NCBI RefSeq assembly: GCF_963921235.1
Contig: NC_086117.1
Span: forward strand, 17,236,001-17,300,000
DNA length: 64,000 bases
Source: Mobula hypostoma
Lineage: Eukaryota
Reading direction: 5' to 3'
Part shown: positions 1-12,588 of the stretch, one piece after another
Layout: the number at the start of each line of letters is the position of its first letter
Position numbering within the stretch: position 1 is the stretch's first letter
The notes under the pieces: generated by a model
Told to the model about the DNA's origin: nothing
Seen by the model: only the letters and a program-made list of their open reading frames with translations
The model's database searches: none
Made by a program: the position numbers and the translations under genes

Positions 1-577
1 CTCAGACTGTGTTGACGCATTTCTCTGTATGCTTCAATGTTTTGATCAACAAATAAATCACATTTAATATCTTTCATAATCCAGCACCCCTGCCATTTTA
101 AAGGGAAAGTTGTTGCAGTCGATAGAATAGCAAACAGCTGTAAATTACAATAGAATTCTCTGCCCTATGTACTGAGTTGGGCAAAAGCAGTCTGTTGATT
201 TAATCTGGTTTGTAACATCACCAGCTGTTTCACCACAAGGATATCAACATCATGTCTCCTTTCACTGGTTGATATCATGATGGTGAATGGTGCAAGTAAA
301 CAATCTCAGCGAAAGGCTTTTTCTTTTGCTGTTGAGCTACAAGTGTGCGTGCCAAAGAGCCTTGACTGTCAATCAAATGAGTAATGTGTTTATAATGCTA
401 TCAGAGTGAATGAATTCTGCAGCTCGTCCCGTCACAGAATCATAAAGTGATCGAGCACAGGAGGTGCCCATTTGGACCACTATATCTATGGATGCTTTGA
501 GGTATTGATTTAATCCCACCCTCTGCTCTGTGCCCATTAATGTTGAGTTTCTTTTTCCCTTCAAAGGCAATATGGTA

Positions 578-875
578 GAAACACAGAAAACCTACTGCAC
601 AATACAGGCCCTTCAGCCCACAAAGTTGGGCCAAACATGTCCCTACCTTAGAAATTATTAGACTTACCCATATTTTTCTAAGCTCCATATACCTATCCAA
701 AAGTCTCTTAAAAGACTGTATTGTATCCGCCTCCACCACCATTGCTGGCAGCCCATTCCACGCACTCACCACTCTCTGAGTAAAAAACTTACCCTTGACA
801 TCTCCTCTGTACCTACTCCCCAGCACCTTAAACCTGTGTCCTCTTGTGGCAACCACTTCAGCCCTGGGAAAAAGA
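578..875 (-). mobile_element. CR1 LINE 3' end
   Basis: TRGHRFKV...FFTQRVVSAWNGLP...FKRLLDRYM, the CR1 ORF2 C-terminus. Confidence 0.85.
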
Positions 876-1412
876 TTTCCCCGCGTAGTGCTTAGTGCAA
901 AGCTTTATATCTCCAGCAATTGGAAGATCAGGGTTAATTTCCTGCTGTTGTCTGTAAAGAGTTTGTACATTCTCCCCGTGACTGCATGGGTTTCCTCTGG
1001 GGACTCTGGTTTCTTCCCATTTTCCAAAAGGCATACAGGTTAGGGTTGGTTAGTAGTTGGTCTGCTACGATGGCTCCAAAAGCATGATGACACTTCTGGG
1101 CTGCCCCTGGCACATCCTCGGACTGCATTAGCTGTTGACAGAAACAATACATTTCACTGTATGTCAGCTTGTACTCCTTCCCCTCCCTCCACCTTCTTAA
1201 TCTGGCTTCTTCCCCCTTCCTTTCCAGTCTTGGTGAAGGGCCTCAGCCAGAAACATTGACTGTTTATTCCTCTCCATGGGTTCTGCCTGACTTGCTGAGT
1301 TCCTCCAGCATTTTGCGTGTTTCACTATATGTTTCAATGTACATGTGACAAGTAAAGGTGATCTTTCATTTCTCTTTCAATATTACTTTTGAATCCACTT
1401 CCAAGAGAGCGG

Positions 1413-2420
1413 ACCCCTCCTCTTTGTGATTTTTATAAGTGACCTGGACGAAGAAGTAGAAGGGTGGGTTAGTAAGTTTGCTGATGACACAAAGGTTGCC
1501 GGTGTTCTGGATAGTCTGGCGGGTTCTCAGAGGTTACAGTGGGACATCTTTAAAAGTAATTTAATTTAATTTTAATTTAATTTAAATTGGGATGCAGAAC
1601 TGGCTGAGAAGTGGCAGATGGACTTCAACCCAGATAAGTATGAAGTGGTTCATTTTGGTAGGTTAAATTTGAATATACTATTAATGGTAAGACTCTTGGC
1701 AATGTGGAGGATCTGAGAGATCTTGAGGTCTGTGTCCATAGGACACTCAAAGCTGTTGCACAGGTTGACAGTGTTGTTAAGAAGGTGTATGCTGTGTTGG
1801 CATTCATCAACCATGGGATTGATTTCAAGAGCCATGAGGTAATGTTAGAGCTATACAAGACTTTGGTCAGACCACACTTGGAGAACTGTGTTCAGTTCTG
1901 GTCACCTCACTACAGGAAGGATGTGGATACTGTAGAGAGAGTGCAGAGGAGATTTACAAGGATGTTGCCTGGATTGGAGGGCATACCTTATGAGATTAGG
2001 TTTAGTGAACTTGGCTTTTTCTCCTTGGAATGATGCAGGATGAGAGGTGACCTGATAGAGGTATATAAGATAATGAGGGGCATTGATTGTGTGGATAGCC
2101 GGAAGCTTTTTCCCAGGGCTGAAATGGCTAACACAAGTTTTAAGGTGCTTGGAAATAGATACTGAGGGGATATCAGAGGTAAGTTGTTCCCACAGAGAGT
2201 GGTGGGTGTGTGGAATGCACTGCTGGCGGTGGTGGTGGAAGCGGATACAATAGGGTCTTTTGAGAGCCTCCTAGATAGGTACATGGAGCTTAGAAAAATA
2301 GGGGGCTACGCGCTAGGGAAATTCTAGGCAGTTTCTAGAGTAGGTTACATGGTCGGCACAACATTGTGGGCTGAAGGGCCTGTAATGTACCTTAGATTTC
2401 TATGTTCGATGTTCTATGTT
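1413..2420 (+). mobile_element. CR1 LINE, 5'-truncated RT and 3' UTR
   Basis: SKFADDTK (agtaagtttgctgatgacacaaag), [25 protein letters not shown] and [14 protein letters not shown]. (TTCTATG)n tail; AT-rich (TTAAT)n insert at ~1551-1588. Confidence 0.9.
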
Positions 2421-4770
2421 CCATTGTTCATTCTGTGGCTATAATTCTGTTTTTCTGGATAATGACCCTTCTGCCCCAGGAAACGGATTTTCTCTGACAA
2501 AATCTTCTTGACCCTTTATCAAACCTCCTCTTAGCCCTCTCTGCTCTGAAAAATGGCAGATTGTCCTTTTCCACAAAAGGGATCACTGGAGTCATTCTGC
2601 ACCTTTCTAAAGGAATGATAAACTGCATTGCCCTCAATTGGTAAACAATAGTCCAGACCAGGAAGGCTTAACAAAACTTCTATGAAAGTACAGAAATAAC
2701 ATAACTTTTCTTCGTGCAAACTTTCAAGTGGAATATAAAACAATCACGAGTGTTTTAACGAATTCTTTTCCCAGTTTTGCTTTGAGATTTTCTTTTATCA
2801 GGTGCATACAGTTTAACTTAAAGTTGAGCTCATCCAAATATTGCATCAGCTTTTTCTCTGAACTGAGACACAAGAGACTCTGGATGCTGGAATGTAGAGC
2901 AACAAACAACCTGCTGGAGTTACTCAGTGGGTTGAGCAGCATTTGTTGGAGGAAAGCAATTGTCAGCCATTGCATTCCTCCCACAGATGCTGCTTGACAT
3001 GCTGAGTTTCTCCAACAGAATGCTTGTTGCTTAAGACTCTGGAACTCCCTCCCTAAGCTTCTCCATCAAGCGCCTTTCAATCCTTTCTTTAAAACTGACC
3101 TTGCTTTTGACTGTATAGTTACAAAACAAGAGGGTGGTCTTTTAAAACTGAAGTGAGTAAGAATTGTTTTCTTGCAGAAGGCAGTAAATCTCTGGAATAT
3201 ACTATCTGGGGGGTTGTGGAAGCTGGATCATTGGGGCATCTTTGAAAGATAAGGGAATTGGGGTTTATGAGTGGGCAAATCAGGCTTGGGCAGCCTGAAG
3301 GACTGACTGCCTATTCCTGCTCCTATTTTCATACTTTCTTGTGTCCTAAGTGGTTCAACATTAAATTTTGTTTGATAACACTTTTCTGGAGGGCCTTGTG
3401 CTCCTGATAATAGTGGTAGGACAAACACTAAATTGAAAAGATGAGGAACAAGGGTGAGATAAATCAAGGCTGAGCTTGAGCTAAGGTTATTTCGAGGAGG
3501 ATGACTAATGATGTTGCAGAGAATTTCATGAAAAAAAATCCATTTCAAATGTCTTGATACAAATAGGCAAAACAGAATAAAGAACCTCTATAGTTGCTTC
3601 TTTGAAGGGACATGAGTAGTAAATTTAGAGAAATTCTGATGTTGTGGTATAAATAGACCAAAAACAACAGGAAAGTTAGTGGTGGATTAAAGGGATCGCC
3701 TGATCTGGGAGTTCCATCAATAGAAGCTGTGCAAGTATTGCTGAATCGCAAGAACAAATGTAATAGACCAAAGCCTTGGTTCGACTCAGTCCAAACGCAA
3801 ACAAGAGAGCTTTGTGCTTAATATTTTGAAACCATTGGCAGTAGTTAGCTTTTCCTTGTTTTTCTTCCCTTAACTCCCAGAATGAAGCTGTCTGGAGGAG
3901 GGGGTGGGGCAGTTTTATTCCTCCTTTGCAACGGAAAGAATGGCAGAGGAAAAGAGAAGAGGCTTTTGTAAGTTTCCCGGCAAGGGAAGTATGAAGAGTT
4001 AGAATGAACTCGGCACACAGTCAGCGATTGTTAGCACTTTGTCGCTTTCTAGCTGTCAACTGTGAGGGAATGTAGTGATCCGATGCCAATGTAAAAGACA
4101 TTTGCTTAAAAGGGCAGGATCACTGTTAGTCCACAGTGAATCCTGGCCAAACAAACTTTACAGTTAGTTTCCAAATTCAAGCATGCTTGGTACAAAGCAC
4201 ATAGGCTCCCTGCCTCAATGTCTGTTGAATCTTTTATGATCTCTTTTCCATGAAGAATTTTTGATTAACATTTTTTATGAAGCTACAGAACGTATTGCAA
4301 GACGTATTAAATCATTCTGGGTATTCAATGTGCAGAAACTTATATAAAGTAATATTCAATGGCTGGTCATTCGAAGTGGCCATAATGGGTAAATATAGGC
4401 AAAAGAAAAATCTGAATCAACAAATATATCAGTTCTTCATCATGAGATAATTACTGTCTCTAGAAAGGACACGTATCGGCTTTAGCTAAAGACGTGGTTT
4501 GGCTTTGCCTGCAAACAGTCCATCACTGAATGGGTTGATATACTTGCTATATATAGCATTTTGTATCTACTTAATCCCCATGCTATAAAGTAACACAACC
4601 CATTTCTCAGCCTAACATAACTGTAACAATATCGATGCCGAGCTGCACAAAGTGTTAGTAGAGCAAATGACAAAGAGTTTAGACAAAGAGTTAGGTTTTT
4701 TGGTGGTACCTTCAAAGCACTGGGAGCAAGAGATCATAAACACAAAAAAAGCACACAAAATGCTGGAACT

Positions 4771-5823
4771 CATAGTCATAGTCATACTTCATTGATCCTG
4801 GGGGAAACTGGTTTTTATTACAGTTGCACCGTAAATAATTAAATAGTAATAAAACCATAAATAATTAAATAGTAATATGTAAATTATGCCAGGAAATTCC
4901 AGGACCAGCCTATTGGCTCAGGGTGTCTGACCCTCCAAGGGAGGAGTTGTAAAGTTTGATGGCCACAGGCAGGAATGACTTCCTGTGACGCTCTGTGTTG
5001 CATCTCGGTGGAATGAGTCTCTGGCTGAATGTACTCCTGTGCCCACCCAGTACATTATGTAGTGGATGGGAGACATTGTCCAAATGGCATGCAACTTGGA
5101 CAGCATCCTCTTTTCAAAAACCACCATCAGAGAGTCCAGTTCCATCCCCACAACATCACTGGCCTTACGAATGAGCTTGTTGATTCTGTTGGTGTCTGCT
5201 ATCCTCAGCCTGCTGCCCCAGCACACAACAGCAAACATGATCGCACTGGCCACCATAGACTCGTAGAACATCCTCAGCATCATCCGACAGATGTTAAAGG
5301 ACCTCAGTCTCCTCAGGAAATAGAGACAGCTCTGACCCTTCTTGTAGACAGCCTCAGTGTTCTTTGACCAGTCCAGTTTATTGTCAATTGGTATCCCCAG
5401 GTATTTGTAGTCCTCCACCATGTCCACACTGACCCCCTGGATGGAAACAGGGGTCACCGATGCCTTAGCTTTCCTCAGGTCTACCACCAGCTCCTTAGTC
5501 TTTTTCACATTAAGCTGCAGATAATTCTGCTCACACCATGTGACAGAGTTTCCTACCGTAGACCTGTACTCAGCCTCATCTCCCTTGCTGATGCATCCAA
5601 CTATGGCAGAGTCATCAGAAAACTTCAGAAGATGACAAGACTCTGTGCAGTAGTTGAAGTCCGAGGTGTAAATGGTGAAGAGAAAGGGAGACAAGACAGT
5701 CCCCTGTGGAGCCCTAGTGCTGCTGATCACTCTGTCGGACACACAGTGTTGCAAGCACACGTACTGTGGTCTGCCAGTCAGGTAATCAAGAATCCATGAC
5801 ACCAGGAAAGCATCCACCTGCAC
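4771..5823 (-). mobile_element. Rex1/Babar-type non-LTR retrotransposon, 5'-truncated RT with 3' microsatellite tail
   Basis: ORF 4918-5823 has APQGTVLSPFLFTIYT, KFSDDSAIVG, LNVKKTKELVVD, YKYLG and LYFLRRLRSF. The (CATAGT)n tail is at 4771. Inserted within a PLE-tail element. Confidence 0.9.
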
Positions 5824-6894
5824 CGCAGAATATATAGAGGGGAATAATTCTGGTGAAGGGCTTCAGCTTGCGACGTCAACTGTTTATTCCCCTCCACAGA
5901 TGCTGCCTGACTTGCTGAGATCCTCCTGTATCTTGTATGTGTAGCACATAGAGTAGGAAAATTGGGGAGGTTTTAGCGATGGAATTGAGAACCTAGGATC
6001 ATCAGCATCTGAAGGCACCTCTGCGGAAACATTCCTATTAAAAAACAGCGACTTGGCTGAATCACTGGAGAAAAATCAGTTATTGAGGAATGCCATCCCA
6101 CTTTCAAAGACACTACCACTAAAGTTCTCAGTATTATTTATTTACTTATTTACTATACTATTTCTTTTTTTGTATCTGCAAATTGTCCTACTTTGTAGCT
6201 TGTCAGTCTTTGTGTATAGTTTTTCATTGATTCTGTTGCAATTCTTTGTTCTGTGGATGCCTGCAAGAAAATGAATCTCAGGGTGGTTTATGGTGACATA
6301 TACCAACTTCGACAATAAAATTACTTTGAACTTTGAACAAGAAATGGCACCTTTGAAGTAAGAAGGAAGTAACAGAGTTAAAAAGAAATGAGGTCTCATG
6401 TATAGTTTCAGTAGTGAAATGGAGGTTTGCAGATAATAGGCAAACAAGAGAAAATCTGCAGATGCTGGAAATCCGAGCAACACACACAAAATGCTGGAGG
6501 ATCTCAGCAGATCAGGCAGTATCTATGGAAAAGAGTACAGTTGACGTTTTGAGCCAAAACCCTTCGGTAGGACATACATAGACGATTTGTGTAAGTATTT
6601 ATCTGGGCTTCCTGCTTTGGTAATGGAACCAAGTGAATTTGCATTTCCTTACCTTGCTTCAGTAAACTTAATGTGTGGGCTAATGAAGTGTGAAACAGGA
6701 CCTTTGTCCTTTTTCCTCAGAACTACTAACAGGCTTATTGAATTTTACAACATACCTGTGAGCATTAGTATCTGAATGTAGGTAACATTTGCGGTCAAAT
6801 TCAAAGTAATTTTATTATCAAAGTACATATATATCACTATATACAACCCTGAGATCCATCTTCTTGTGGGTTTACCCAATAAATCTATAGAATA

Positions 6895-7320
6895 ATACTT
6901 ACTTACTGCTTGCTACACTGCTTGTGTTTAGGATGGCAATGAAGGTCCTCCATCTCATCTCTGGTGGTGTTCAGGGCTTCCTTCATCATGTCAGTAGCTT
7001 CCTCTCGGTTTACTGTCAGTCATGCAAGTCCCAGGTGGAGACTCAGGAATACCATCACACTCAGATGTAGGAGGATTCTTCATTGCTGTTTCTTTAACTG
7101 TTTTGTTTGACCAGTCAGGGTTGTTAGCCCCAAGTTGAACCCCCGAACCTGGAGGACCGATGGACCACTCTTAGTCTGGCCTCTATCCTTTGACCTGTTT
7201 GGCATGGGCGACCTACCAAGAGCCAAAGCATAAAGCCCTGACTCCAGCCAACACAGCTCTCCAGGTCTTTGAGGCAGGCAAGCCTCCAAACCCAACGGCA
7301 AAGTTGTGATCCTCATGGAG
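6895..7320 (-). mobile_element. RTE (Expander/Rex3-like) derived short element with (AAGT)n tail
   Basis: Reverse complement of 22880-23300; tacttacttact tail at 6896. Confidence 0.7.
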
Positions 7321-8407
7321 GATAGGATAATAACCATGGAAGAATCAACAAAAGACCACACCAGCTGAGAGATGCTAAGAAAGAGAGGAGTTGTTGCCAA
7401 TTGGAATGTGGCGGGGGGACTTCATTAAAATTTTCCAAACTGTGGGTACCTCCTTTATTTAGACATGGAGGAAGCATTATAGCATGTCCATGACTAAGTG
7501 TGATGTCATAAAATCTTGTCTTGATGCAAATATGGTCCACAAAAGTGTTCCTGATGTTTGAGGTAATGAAGTGATTTGAGAGTCTAACTACAAGACTGCT
7601 GGCACAATGGGCATAAGACCTCTGCCAACTTGACCTCATACAGATCACACACCCAAAGACTTAAAACTTACCAAACCAGTTTCAGTGTCTAGCCAGCACC
7701 AAGAACACTATATTCATTCTTATCATGACAACAAGGAGCTCAATTCTGTGAGAGGTTAGCAGCAGTTCATGCTAGCCTGAACCTCTGAAATAGGAGGTGC
7801 ATCATGCTGGCAGTTTGCAGAAGGGCCATCTTTGGGAAAGAGTGGATATTTGGGCACTGCACATAAACACTTCAGAGAAAGAAGTGGAAAAGAAGATAAA
7901 TACTTTCTATTCTCCAGGAGTCCTCCCACTGAAAGGCAGTGGAAAGAGAAAACTGTAGTCAATGTGTGGCAAAGATTTTAATGACCTTGCATGAATCATC
8001 CATTTATTTTCAAATGTCCCATTATACCAACTGCACTGCAGACCTTATCCTGGTGAAAGCACTGTATCCTCATCACTAACTTACCAATATCCTCTTGCCA
8101 CAAGAGCCAGGCCTAAAGTTCTAGAGCACCGTAACCGATAATCCAGGCGTTTCTGGTTGCACACAATGCCGGCACATCACCCAGACACATTTTGTGAGTA
8201 TTCAATAATATACTCCAAAAATAACAATTCAGTAATACACGTCCTTCCCTGTTACAGGACAAGTGGTGTAAAGCAATCTCCGAATAACTAACCAGCAGGG
8301 TACATGCTTATCCCCTGGGTATGGCATTTTATACCCAGCATTCCTTGTGATACCTCTTGCTTGTTCCACCTGCTGCTTTCTGGCAAAGAGACAGACATGT
8401 ACTCAGA

Positions 8408-8938
8408 CCTGTTTGAAAGCAGGATCTCCCAGTGGCCACACATTTTAATTCCACGTCGCATTCCCATTCTGATATGTCTATCCACGGCCTCCTCTACTGT
8501 CAAGATGAACCCACACTCAGGTTGGAGGAACAACACCTTATATTCTGTCTGGGTAGCCTCCAACCTGATGGCATGAATATTGACCTCTCTAACTTCCGTT
8601 AATGCCCCTCCTCCCCTTCACACCCCATCCCTAATTTATTTATTTAATATATTTTTAATATATATTTTATTTCCCTCCCCTTTTCTCTCTTTTTTCTCCC
8701 TCTGTCCCTCTCACTATAACTCCTCGCCTGCTCTCCACCCTCCGGGCTCCCATCCCCCCTTCTCTTTCTCCCGTCCCATGATCCTCTCCCTTCTCTAGCT
8801 CTTAGATCTACCCCTCCCCCACTGTACGTCGACTGTACCTCTTCCTATAGATGCTGCCTAGCCTGCTGCATTCACCAGCATTTTTTGTGTGTGTTGCTTG
8901 AATTTCCAGCATCTGCAGATTTCCTCGTGTCTGCTGTT
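8408..8938 (+). mobile_element. Penelope-like element 3' fragment
   Basis: gtggccacacattttaattcc ... ctccaacctgatggcatgaa (VATHFNS ... LQPDGMN), pyrimidine tract and the same gatgctgcc...ccagcatctgcag tail as 50862-52090. Confidence 0.8.
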
Positions 8939-9255
8939 TGAATGGGGATGTCAGCGACCTGCTTTGTGCAATAGTGTTCACCGTAGTGGGCTATGTTGCA
9001 GACATCTCCAGCTGTAACCCAGAAAATGTCTGATACATCGATGTTCACAGCCACGATTACTTGGCATCTTCTGTGATGTTCCCCCCCAATACAATTGCTT
9101 GTTTTACACCATCTCCTTCCACCATCAGCAACTTGTCCTTCCCTACATAATTCAGCTCAAACACGAGGAAATCTGCAGATGCTGGAAATTCAAGCAACAC
9201 ACACAAAGTGCTGGTGGAACGCAGCAGGCCAGACAGTATCTATAGGATGAAGTAC

Positions 9256-9291
9256 AGTCGACGTTTCGGGCCGAGACCCTTCGTCAAGACT
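9256..9291 (-). ncRNA. Hammerhead ribozyme motif, C3>U variant
   Basis: Reverse complement reads AGTC TTGACGA A GGGTCTCGGCCC GAAAC GTC GACT, with one core substitution. Confidence 0.65.
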
Positions 9292-9713
9292 AACTGAAAG
9301 AAGAGATAGTAAGGGATTTGAAAGTGGGAGGGGGAGGTGGAGATCCAAAATGATAGGAGAAGACAAGAGGAGGATGAACATTGATTTCTCTAACTTCAGT
9401 TAATGCCCCTCCTCTCCTTCTTACCCCATCCCTTATCTATTTATTTATTTATTCCCCCTCCCTTTTTCCTCTCTCTGTCCCTTTCACAATAACTCCTTGC
9501 CTGCTCTCCATCTTCCTCTGGTGCTCCCCTCCCCCTTTCTTTCTCCCTAGGCCTCCCGTCCCATGACCCTCTCCTTCTCCAGCCTTGTATCCCTTTTGCC
9601 AATCAACTTTCCAGCTCTTAGCTCCATCCCTTCCCCTCCCATCTTCTCCTATCATTTCAGTTCTCCCCCTCCCTCTCCCACTTTCAAATCTCTTACTAGC
9701 TCTTCTCTCAGTT

Positions 9714-9749
9714 AGTCCTGACGAAGGGTCACGGCCCGAAACGTCGACT
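9714..9749 (+). ncRNA. Minimal type-I hammerhead ribozyme motif, intact core (PLE-associated)
   Basis: AGTC CTGACGA A GGGTCACGGCCC GAAAC GTC GACT: stem I AGTC/GACT, core CUGANGA, stem II hairpin, GAAA, palindromic ACGT stem III, GUC cleavage triplet (predicted cut 9745/9746). Confidence 0.8.
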
Positions 9750-11522
9750 GTACTTCTTCCTATATAAACTCAGCTTATTTGCCCATTCATCATCTACTCT
9801 TGGAGGAAAGGCTACCAAAGTAGAATGCAGGAAGCAGCTGGTCTTGAAGCTTTGAGGTCAAGACCAATTTTTTCAGCTCTTGTTCATCCCTCCCTCAGTG
9901 GCATTAGGAAGCTTAGAGGCACCAGACATGGGACGGATTGAAACAATATTCAGTCAAGATCAATAAACAATTAAGAACCTAATGGAGCCATTTAAATTGC
10001 AGTGGTGTGGGCCTCTGCTGGTGAATGCATGGAAGATCTGTACATGGCATCAGCTGAATTGCTCAGTTTCAATGTGATAGTGCTGGTGTCAAATCAGCAT
10101 CAGGCATGCGAGCATAGTGGTTAGTGCAATCTATATTTACAGCACCAGCGATCACCGATGGGGGTTTGATTCCCAACGCTCTCTGTCAGGAGCTTGTACA
10201 TTCTCCGCGTGACCACATGGGTTTCCTCCGGATGCTTCAGTTAGAGGTTAGTGTACGTAATGCTGGCATGGAATGCCTGGTGACATTTGCAGGCTGCCCC
10301 CATCCTTGGGAGCGTTGGCTGTTAATGCAAACGATGCATTTCACTCTAAGTTTCAATGTCCATGAGAAAAATAGATCTGAATCTGATCAAACCTACTTAA
10401 TAGTTTCCCAAGTCAACTTACTTCCAGAAGCTCTTTATATTAGGCTGGCTGACACCCTTCCCGATTGAGGGGCAGCATTACTGCTTAAATAATATGCATG
10501 CTTCCTTAACTCCCATGACATCCAAATAATGGGACCTATGCAGTGCATTTTGCAGGTAGGTTCACTATTTTGTAGAGAAAAAATCTGCTGAATGCATTTA
10601 TGGAAGCTACCCCAGAGGGTAAGTAAGTGATCTTGGTTGTAGAAGGGGGAGAATGCACCCCTTGAGTTTATTGAATTTGGTTAGTTGACATCTGTGGATT
10701 TGAAAATCTCTTCAATGAACTACATGTGACAAAGACAATACCTGTTTTATTCACTCAGAGGTACAGTGCGGAATAGACCCTTCCGGCCCTTTGAGCCGTG
10801 CCACCCAGCAACCCACTGATTTAACCCTAGTCTCATCACGGGACAATTTACAGTGACCATTTAACCCTACTCGCTGGCATGCCTTTGGACTGTGGGAGGA
10901 AACCGGAGCACTCGCAGGAAACCCATCCATACGCACGCGGGAAGGAATGTACAAACTTGCTAATGGAGGATGCCAGAACTGAACTCTGAACTCCAATGCC
11001 CCAAGCTGTAGTAGCATCTTGCTAACCGCTGCACCCCCATAGTGCCTTAACCTTCTCACGCATTAATCATAATTTTTCACTGACTGGAATTAGCCTCTCA
11101 GTGGCATGGGGTCTCACACCTGCTGTTATCAGGCATTCTACATCTGTGGACAGAGTTTTCCTGATGTTTGAATGAATGTAGAGAGTCTTGTTTCTGAAGC
11201 AAGTTAGGATAGTGGGTCCAATGGTAGAACAAGTTGCATTTGTGATGTTGCACTGTATGACAATAGAGATGGCGGGCTGAGAAAAGGGTCGGGCCACCAA
11301 GAAGTAGACAGTGAGCTTGATTGGCAGTTTATCCACCGGCTTAGCCTTCCATTTACCCAGCACTATTCTGGACCCAGTTGCAAGGTTTTCCATCTGCATG
11401 GCACACTTCAACAAGTCCTTCAACAACAATTGCCAGACTCAACGCAGTCACCGTTAGTGCAGCCGCAGCAGGAGACTGTTACTCCGCTTCACACAGTAGG
11501 TCAGGCACTAGGCACCTTCTAT

Positions 11523-11712
11523 AAACACAAGAGATTCTGCAGATGATGGAGATCTTGAGCAACACACGCAAAATGCTGGTGGAACATACTGTGGAAAGGA
11601 ATAGGCAGTCAATGTTTTGGAGAAGGGTCTTGGCCCTGAATGTCGACTGTTTATTTTTCCACTGTATAGCTGTTGTCTGACTTGTGGAGCTCCTCCAGCA
11701 TTTTGTGTGCAC
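11523..11712. mobile_element. Short palindromic PLE-tail element (similar elements at ~2870-3040, 19880-20050, 29250-29470, 48865-49055)
   Basis: acacacgcaaaatgctgg...ccagcattttgtgtg arms in inverted orientation around a decayed hammerhead remnant. Confidence 0.6.
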
Positions 11713-12078
11713 TGCTTCTGACCCTCATGGTGTGAATTGGGATTCCTGTCACTTGATTTATCACTTATCCTTTCCTACTTCCTGCCTCCTTGCTCCAATT
11801 CTTGGCAAGAGGCTGTTAATGGATTAAGATTTGCAATGGTCTTCTGATGTACTGTCACAATGAAAAAGATCAGGGTTTTGTTTAATTTTAGTTATTAATC
11901 AAACCACTCCATCTGGCACCAACAATCATTCCACAGTCAAAGTCACTTATATCACGTTTCTTCCCCATTCTGATGTTTGGTCTGAGCAACAACTGACCTC
12001 TTGACCACATCTGCATTGAGTTGCTGCCATATGATTGGCTGATTAGACATTTGCATTAACGAGCAGGTGGCCACTTTA

Positions 12079-12588
12079 CTGTGCAAAAGCCTCAGACACA
12101 TATACAGTAAATAGCCGGGATGCACAGCACTGTATCTGTCAATTTGGCAGCAGCAAAGGATGTTGGGAATGGTGGGGGTGGACCACCACAGGAGGGGCGT
12201 GGGACAGGTGGCAGAGAAGAAGTGTCGGGGTGGGGGTGGCACAGGTACAAACATATCCAGCCCTGAGACATCAGGCAAGGTCATTTCATTCAAACAACTG
12301 GTTTATTGATCATTACAGAATAACTCTCTGGTGCTTCCCACTCCTTCTCCTCTCCCTTCCCCTTTTCCCAACCATGATACCCCTCTCCCCGCCCCCTTCC
12401 CACTCTCAGTCCACAAGAGAGACCCATATCAGAATCAGGTTTATTATCACTCACATGTCATGAAATTTGTTGTTTTTTTTGTGGCAGCAGTACAGTGCAA
12501 TACATAAAATTACTACAGTACTGTGCAAAAGTCTTTGGCACCTTGCCTATATATATGTATTCGTGCCTAAGACTTTTGCACAGCACTG
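12079..12588. mobile_element. Composite Tc1-type MITE; terminal 73-bp hairpin unit at 12516-12588 flanked by TA (second copy ~15970-16340; TIR remnants at ~49713-50001)
   Basis: TA-CAGTACTGTGCAAAAGTCTTTGGCAC ... GTGCCTAAGACTTTTGCACAGCACTG-TA. The internal ~300 bp is shared with 16015-16340. Confidence 0.75.

Larger units (their letters stand above)
9158..9764. mobile_element. PLE-derived insertion: inverted terminal repeat followed by a direct 3' fragment
   Basis: ~9240-9375 is the reverse complement of ~9625-9764. Flanked by an imperfect direct repeat ataattcagct / ataaactcagct. Confidence 0.75.

Noticed and set aside
4918-5823. 301-aa ORF as a host gene or domesticated RT
   Set aside because: It is a 5'-truncated Rex1-type RT fragment with a frameshifted end and a near-identical decayed copy at 63450-64000.
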